DNA of 56,176 nt, filler included, from Sphacelaria rigidula (lineage: Eukaryota): assembly GCA_964200075.2 (NCBI GenBank). It is 5 parts of 5 records of this genome, joined end to end, with 100 filler letters (N's around TTAATTAATTAA, not from the genome) between each part and the next. Parts side by side here need not be neighbours in the genome. Positions count along the whole stretch, not along the records: positions 45,023 to 56,176 come from CAXNAA020005319.1; 4 more parts are not named here. The stretch is one strand, 5' to 3'. This document shows, piece after piece, positions 48,461-56,176 of this stretch. Positions within the stretch are counted from its first letter, which is position 1, and each line of letters begins with the position of its first letter. The translations under genes were made by a program, and so were the position numbers. The notes below the pieces were generated by a model. It made no database searches and was not told the origin of the DNA. It saw nothing but the letters and a program-made list of their open reading frames with translations.

Positions 48461-51400
48461 TCACATGAGCAAATACGGTGGTGCGCACGCGGTGCGTTTC
48501 CTTGCCGAAGGCGACACGTAGTTGTTCCTCACGCTTATCTTCTCGATGTCAGGAGCCAAGCTAACTCCTGGCGCCGTTACGGCCTTGAACACCGCCTCCA
48601 CCCCTACGTCCCCCATGCCGTTGCCGGACAAATCCAGTCTCGCGAGAGTAGGCCAGGTTCCCGCCCCTGATAACAAAAAATGTGCCACTACTTTCCCGCC
48701 CTCGTCTCGCAGCGCATTAGCGCCGAGGTCGAGCCCCCGAAGCGACGGGAAAGCGCCGGTGGCAAGTGCTCGGCCTAGCGCTCGACTGCCGCCGGCGCTG
48801 ATCCCGTTCCCGCGCAAATTCAACTCTTGAAGCGTTCGCCCTGCAGCTGATGCCCCGCTCCCACTGCTCAGTGCCCGAATCAACGTTCGAGTTCCGACGT
48901 CCCCCACCATGTTCCACTCCAGGTGTAGAACCCGGAGGCGCGGGCACGCCCCATTAGCAAGGTCGGCCGACAAACTCTGCCCTCCTGTGGGGCCCAACTT
49001 CCAACCCCTAATCTCTTCCACACCTCGGAAACGCAACAGGTTCACCTCGAACGCTTCCGAGCTGTGCTTCTTGCCTTGCTTGGTGGGACCTCCTCCGCCA
49101 CCGTTTCCTCCATCGCTCCACGCGGGCTTGGTCGTCACACTGCTCGGTGTTTTCTGTTGCGTTACTGCCGTTACTCGTGCCGCCCGGGGAGAAGGGCGCG
49201 ACCCGGTTGTTGGTGGCTCGTCACGAGGTCGATTCTTGGTTTTCGTGCCCGAACTTTGGTTCTTGTTGACGCTATCCTCTTCGCCTGCACCGACTAGGTT
49301 TTTCGTCGGTTTAATACCACCTTGCGAAACCTCGCTCCTTCCGTTGGTACTGCCTGCGGAGCGTCGAGGTGGTGTCCGTCGTCTGGCTGTGGCTCCTGGT
49401 TCGCTGCCCTGCGACCTCACCTTGAGCCTCAAGAGAAGATACGTCTCAGTTTCGAGTGGAGTGTCTTCGTCGTCCCTCGGGGGCGCGTTGATCCCTCCGA
49501 TCAAGCCCGACTGCCGCATGATCCTCAGCGTGGCTTGTGTGACTGCCTCTCCGTCGTCGTACTCCGCCAAGTATGCGTTCGCAGCGGCTGTAGTAGTAGA
49601 TGTTCACATCCGATTGTGAGGGGGGAGAGCGCACACACGGGGTGGGGTGTGCGCCATTACAACGAGTGTTTGTGTCACGCAATGCGCAAAAATCAACCGT
49701 GATGCTTGCGTGAATTTTTTTGTCATCCAAATTGCATGTGAAGTGCATCTCTCCTGACGTGAGTGTCCGCCGTAAAATGTACCGGGCAACAGGCATTTTT
49801 AAGTATGCAGATGAATACAAGATAGAACGGCTCCCACACATCTTATGACTTGCCGGTTATACAACACCGACCAAGTGCTTGATAGTACTTCCCTCGCCGA
49901 AGCACAACTGTACGTTGCCCGTTGCTCAATATTGACCCCCTCTTCCCCCCCCCCCCCCCTTCTCCCGCCCCGCGACACTCCTTTGAGCTCGTCTTTCGTC
50001 CACACACCTTGCCGTAACTCATCGGCGTCTCGAAGAAGCTCGGCGTACGAGTCCTCCTTGTTCTGCTTCACCTGCACCGCGTCGTCCTCCACTTGCTTCG
50101 TGAGTGTAGCGTTTTGCCAAGCTCCGTTTGTCTTCAGGAAGTAATTCCTCACTTTTTCCTGGTCCATAGACTTGGCATACTCTTGCTTTCCCCGCAGCGT
50201 TATCTCGTTCCTCACCTACCGTCGTGCACACACGGAGCAGTGGCGACGAGACGAAAATATAGTCAGAAACTACGAGAGAAGAAAGGGTGAGGGGCGACCT
50301 GAGAGCGAGTAGTGTCGAAAGGAAAGCGGCGATATACATATAACCGACTTTTTCAAGATTTATACATGCTTTCGTATCAACATCATCGTTTTGGGAACTA
50401 ATCGCCGGCAGATCAGGACCTCCCGCGATCGTTTGCGCCGCCACTTCCTTGTCCGACGATACGCCCATCCTTCCCACTATGATCTGGAGTTGCTCAATCA
50501 ACTGCAGGCATTACGAGGCATACATACACCACAGCTCGAGCAAACGAAATAAGAGACTGCGGACCATGATACGGTAAAACACACACAATTTACCTTTGCG
50601 GTGGAAAGACGGAGTTGAAGGTTCGTGGCTCACGTGCTCAACCCTACGGCGGCCAGTGGAGTTGAGCATAATTCCGCTCTCAACGGGGAAAGTTCGGCAC
50701 TCACGTCAGACAAGAAGTCACGTTGCTCTTGCGCCGCACGCTCGTTCCGCAACTGGGTGCGCAACAGAGATCGCGTCCTGCTCTGCTGCCTCTCCGCCTC
50801 CCTGGCGATGTCACACCAGTGCGTGCATGTCCGTCATCAGCCACAACTGCGATATCTATGTCAATTCAAAAAGGAAAAGGATACGCGTATTCCAATGTAC
50901 CACGCACACCCACTTCTCGCTTAACAGGAAGTGAAGCAACCGGGAATCGGATCTGGATCTCATTAGTGAGGAAAACTAGTGGGAGGCATTCCGCTCCAGC
51001 TCAAGCGATCGTGCAGACAAATAGCCAGGGCCGACTGAAGTTTTCACCCCCTCATTTTATCTTCAGTTTGCGCATTTTTGCTGTTTGTTGTGAGCACCTA
51101 GTATTGATGAGCAGAGTCCTTAACGCTCACTTGTACGGAAACCACCTACAACACGCCTTTCATTACAAAACCTATTCTACAACAGTTTCGCGAGAACACC
51201 GGTGTGGGTCGGCTGGCATTCGTGGGCCTCCGCCGCATCTATTCCCACCCTTCCATGTTCGTTAACGCAGCATTTGCAGTCCTACGCTCCTGGCGTCGAG
51301 CAAGTGATCTGGGACGGGGGCTACGCGATACCGTTCTAGACTACACCATCGACATCAGAAGGATATCGAAACATGCGGCTCACTCTTACATTCAGTTCAG

Positions 51401-53685
51401 GCTAGATGGTGTAGCCTACCACTTGTCGACTGCAAGAAGCTTCTTTCAGCGCCCCAGTTCAGATACGTGTACTACTTACTAGCTTCATCAGTCATGCAAC
51501 CATAAATCCCAGTGTAGATACACTCATCACTTATTGGCTACAACAAACACGGGATTTTACGATATGGATGGACCTTGGGAACCTTCATGAGCATCGAAAC
51601 ATTCCCGAGCACCAAATGCAAATGATGAACTATCCGGCCGTGATATATGCCCCTTCATCCTAAAAACCTCCACCCGCAATTCGAAAAATCCCCTATTAGC
51701 CGGGCATTCTGACAAATATGAACACTTTTTTGTACGGGAATGAGCGGCGGTCGAAGTTGTTCAGCGTAAACACGGGCTTTTGCACATTGCGGATAGATTC
51801 TTTTGAGGATGAGCGACGCCACATATCATCCGAAAAGTGCATCTGCATCTGTTGTTCCGCAAGTATTTCGATGCTTAGATTATTATGAAGGTTCCCAACG
51901 TTTACCCTTTACAAAGAAGCTCGTCCGCAATTTATATAATCCCATGTCAACAGGCTTCCGTCAGCGCACGTGCTATTGCAAGAAGAGATGATATTAAACG
52001 GTGGAGGCACCCGAGAAATGAAAAAATAGAGAACTTGGATGGAAGACCCCGGAGATGGCTTCGAACCTTCCCCCACGGGGATAGCTGGGGTTCCTCCAGG
52101 GCAAACCGTGTAGATTTGGGGGCATCTACCTCCTCCGCCCTGACCGGAAAATGCATATTTCTCGCTTTTTTTTTTCGCTGTGTCTCATCCACACTTCGAC
52201 CACCGCAAAAACCCCTTCTTTCAAAAATAGCATGCATACCTTGTAATTCAAACGGAGGAAAATGAAAATAGTACTAAAACAAGAGGACAAAAAGCGCAAA
52301 AAAAAAGAATACACAGGAAAATATTGAACGAAAAAAACCAAAATATGAATGAAGAAAGCACGGTGGTGCAGGGGCTCGAAACCGCGTTATACAAAATTGG
52401 AGGTGGGCAATAGCTATGCATCATTCATTCGGTCCGTATTGGCCACTTATGTCCGTTCAGAGTGGCATAACTTGGTGCTCACATATCTTCCTGCTCTTGT
52501 AAAACTTTGGCCCTCTCCTCGAACCAATCGAGTGTGCGACTCCTCCGGTCTAACTTGTGCCGTTCGCGGAATGCGTTGAAGTTCCTCCACTCCTGCGCCC
52601 CCCGCTTCGCGATAGGGGACAGGATCCCCTTCGTTACGACCAACTCTCCAATCTTGAGGGTGAGCCGTGCAGTCCTTTTGACCTTCTTGATGCTCCGAGC
52701 GAAGGATTTGAACGTCCGATTGCTCTTCAACGACGACCGTGCGGTGTCCACTCCGGCGTGGATCGCCGCTACCGTAGTGTGAGCGGCCGTGGGAGCCGTC
52801 GCACTTAGTGTCATCATGGTCGGGACCACAGGCGGTTCGGGTGGGGCGGTCACAACTAGTTCACGCTCCGCTCTTTCGAATATATGCTTTCCCGTCCCAG
52901 GGTCCACAACTGCAATCAACCACAGTATACGCCAGCCACAGGGGTTGTTGCTCAGGTTTTGGTTTGTCTTTCAGGAGTTGCAGGTGTACCGACGTATCGG
53001 TCGTCGCCGATTCGTTCTCGTACGAGAGATACGGACAGTCAAGTAGGCTGAAGCACGAGGACAACGTACAATCGTTCAAATTTTACATCCACGGTCATGA
53101 AAGATGCCGTATGTACACGCTCAACTCTGGCGAAGGTCGCCCGTTCCGGTTTCTAGGCCCCCGCTTATCCCAGCTGTTTTGTCTACCGGTACTCAGTAGT
53201 TTGCGCTCGGTCTGCGTTGAGAGAAAATAATAGCTGTATTGTCAAAACTCTTCTCGCCATTATCGGGGTCGAGATCGCCCGTAAGCGAGAAACCCGGCGC
53301 CGTTGTAGTCGTCACGATAGTGCCAGAGGAGTCCTTGACACTCGCCCCATTCTTCTTGCTGCCGCTGCCCGATTCATTGGACGACGTAGCTCTACTTGTC
53401 GATGAATACGAAGATGACAACGACGGTGATGAGGACGAGCCCGATCGTGAGGTTTCAGCAGATGCTGAGTTTGACGTTGAAGAACCTGCTGTTGTGTCCG
53501 ACGACGATCTACTGTAGTCGTTGTTAGATATTTTCTTTTGAGGTGCCGATCGCTTTTTCTTTGCTTCGGCCGCGAGGGAGGGTACGCTATAAGATCGGTG
53601 GCGGACATCTTTCACACCAAAATAGCGTAATGAGGGTGGTGGTGATGATGATGTTGAGGAGGAGCTTGTTCCATCCCTCTCGGTA

Positions 53686-53735
<50 letters not shown>

Positions 53736-53777
53736 GATCTCATCCTGGAGGTCTCGTTTAAACGACTTTGGCGCCAC
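48461..53777 (-). CDS. Large protein (~1000 aa): Ser-rich N-terminus, coiled-coil middle, C-terminal RI-like leucine-rich repeats
   Basis: Phase-consistent exons 52909-52483, 52139-52067, 51848-51736, 51308-51249, 50801-50705, 50501-50349, 50215-49840, 49587-48461, plus a Ser-rich exon starting at 53777 (donor near 53260-53295 uncertain). LRRs include LRVLHLEWNMVGDVG, LQELNLRGNGISAGG, LRGLDLGANALRDEG and LARLDLSGNGMGDVG. Start codon not located. Confidence 0.8.
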
Positions 53778-55208
53778 CTATTTTGCGTTCGGCAAGGAAG
53801 GAGGTCAGATCTAGACAGTGCACGGGTACGGAGTCTATTGGCCTGAGTGGGCGAACCGCCTCAAGCGGGCGATTGGTCAAAGCAACAACGCAAGGGGCAA
53901 GCAACGCGAGGCAATTTTCATGTATACGTCTCGTCATGTTTTTCTATCCTCGCTGGTGATCGATCAATCAAGGATCAACCAGTTCCTTCCTCGAAGCACC
54001 GTGAGGTCGTGGTACATCTGCTAATGAAGCAGTATGGTGCGACTTTTCTGCGCGTACCACGCATGTCCTAGTGGTATCATGTACGCGGCGGTCTTCGCAA
54101 CCTGTGGGTAGGAGGTGCTTGAGGGTAGATATCCTACACAGGGAGCATTTCCCTTGTTTACGCGAAACAGCGTGCTAGTGTCGGTCTTGTTCCCTGCACC
54201 CCCAAAAGAACGCAAGTACAAAGTGCAGCTGTAATGATGTCATCCATCATCGTGCTCGGTGTGGCCGCCAAGACGCAAGGCCTGTACAGTATACGCATTC
54301 CATTAATGTCTGTTTGCATGCTGTTTCCACTCCTCCTATGCGTCACCTTGATGAACGGAAGCGGAAGCATACTTTTCACGTTGTTTCTGGTCAGAAGCTG
54401 TTCTTTTTTGCGCCGTGACCCTGCTGGCCACAGCAATCAATCACCACACGCCTTCCATTTATACTCCGCATATGGCCCAAACAGTCCGCGTTTTACCTCA
54501 TGCAAGAGGCATGTCGCCGCGTGAGCATCGTGAGACTAGCCGCCTCGAACACTCAAGCAACATCATCGCCACACCAGCCCCTGAAATGTGCCGCTGAAGA
54601 TATCATATATATATCATATACCTTCGAATTGTTGGATCTTGCGTAGATTTTGAAACGTAACGATCCGCAAGAAGAATGGCTTTCTATCTGATGGAAATTT
54701 CCGCGGTACGGTATCAACATGAATATTATACCGGGTTCAGTATGATCATCAACCAACGAAGTATCCATCGAGCTATTGCGTGATCGACTTAGTTTTGTTT
54801 GCTCCGCAAAAATCCTGATAATCACCCACACTACTCGTACACACATCCACTACAACAGTACTACTGTGCCGTCGTTTTTGTACAAACACTACTGGGCAAC
54901 CCGGCGCAACGCAGACGACTGAATAAGCAGCGCAGTAGCCAGTGGCGGTGGAAGCGCGTTTTTCTTAGCGCCAGACGACTGGGAGGCGGCCCTAGCCGCC
55001 TAGTGTAATGTTGGGCAAAAAAAATCGAAATGTGATACTTCCGGGTCAACATCACGCTGCTCCTCTCATCGGCGATAACCGTGACGGCCCCTTTTCAGGG
55101 AACCGAGTGCTGCAGAGTGCTTGTGCCCATGATTTTAGTGACACCAGTCGGCGAACGCGAGCAGGCACTGTACATCACTGCAGCACCCGGAGCAGCGCGG
55201 GGGTGACG

Positions 55209-55808
55209 ATGCCGCGTGGTCAGGGAAATGGCTCGAGATCATCTGCTCAGTTACCTGATCCGTCGTTGCCCCACCATGCCACAGCATCCTCGGCCGAAAA
55301 TGTTGAGCACAATCGTATCCGTGAGGTTACGTGTAGTGACGAGGTGGACACGACGGCCGGCTCCGCCGCAGCAGCGGCGGGCGTGGCAAACGCAGCCCTC
55401 GTCGCTCGCGGCGCGCTCAAAAGCGGGTATTTGTGGAAGATGGGCGCTAATGTGCCTCGCTGGAAGCGCCGTTACTTTGTACTGAAGCCCATCACCATGC
55501 TCTTCTACTACCTTTCCGAGCATGATACCGAGCCTCGCGGGTGCATTGATCTCGATCTGTTCGATGCTGTGCGGAGAGTTGGCCCAACACAGCAAAATCA
55601 TGGTGGGGAGGGAGGTGACGGAGCGGAGGGCGGCGCGGTGAGAAGGCGCACGGCATTTGAATTGTACAGATCTGGGTGTCCCGAGGGCAGTGGGTTCATG
55701 CTGGAAGCTCGTGGCCACGAAGATTGGGAGCACTGGGTGGAGACGATCGCGAATGGGCGGCACGGAAAGATGCAAGCAGAGACGGATGTGCTGAAGGGCA
55801 CGAACAAA
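55209..55808 (+). CDS. PH-domain protein, first coding exon (gene continues beyond the window)
   Basis: LKSGYLWKMG..PRWKRRYFVLK...LFYY....DTEPRGCIDL...FEL...FMLEA...DWEHWVETI is a PH signature. The exon ends at a GTGAGT donor at 55809. Confidence 0.88.
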
Positions 55809-56176
55809 GTGAGTGTTAAATCCTGAACCTGTTCGCATGTCGTTTTTTTTCGCCCGAGGGTGGTGATGAAGGCTTCGAGCAATCGGGTCCAACATTATTG
55901 TCTGTGTCGGTTTGACCTGAAGGGATTTAGTACTGGCGGTGCGCCTTCCCATGGTAAATGTAGCACTTTGTCCATGCCCGTTCGTGTAGCTGTGTTCATA
56001 TGTGTTTCCGGTTTGGTGCTCTTGATGCACAGCCGGTGGCCTTGTCTTTCGGCCTCGGTCATGTCTGCCTCCCTCCAGGGCAAGACGAACCACATTTTCA
56101 TTCTGTCAAAACGAACCAAAACAAATCAGAACAGAAATGAGTGACAAGCACGCGAGACCTGAACCCATGCACGACT

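Noticed and set aside
48909-49619. 236-aa plus-strand ORF, and the 280-aa minus ORF at 55251-56093
   Set aside because: These are antisense shadows of the GC-rich LRR and PH exons.
50594-50704. In-frame TGA in an LRR-gene exon suggesting readthrough or selenocysteine
   Set aside because: A strong GTGAGT donor at 50704 ends the exon before the TGA and is in phase with the next exon.

Overview
Eukaryotic, intron-rich, repeat-rich DNA, most likely from a brown alga (Phaeophyceae/Ectocarpus-like). This taxon call is inferred from short exons, the style of the introns and repeats, and an axonemal dynein. The window is not one locus. It is five unrelated contigs of 11156, 11156, 11155, 11155 and 11154 bp, sorted by size and joined by an artificial N44-TTAATTAATTAA-N44 spacer. 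Contig 1 holds a 6-exon gene with two tandem NRF1/EWG-like (YG-x4-RPAxWP-x-DVPWKKGK) modules and a GC-AG intron. Contig 2 holds a probable orphan membrane-protein gene plus SINE, MITE and satellite repeats. Contig 3 holds the last 20 exons (926 aa) of an outer-arm-type axonemal dynein heavy chain. Contig 4 is a transposon graveyard: pogo-like, copia, SINE with a nested Sola-like MITE, Ginger-like MITEs carrying telomeric repeats, and a decayed Cys-rich ORF. Contig 5 holds a coiled-coil/RI-type LRR gene head-to-head with a PH-domain gene. All gene models were spliced by hand from GT/GC-AG sites and reading-frame phase. No database searches were run.
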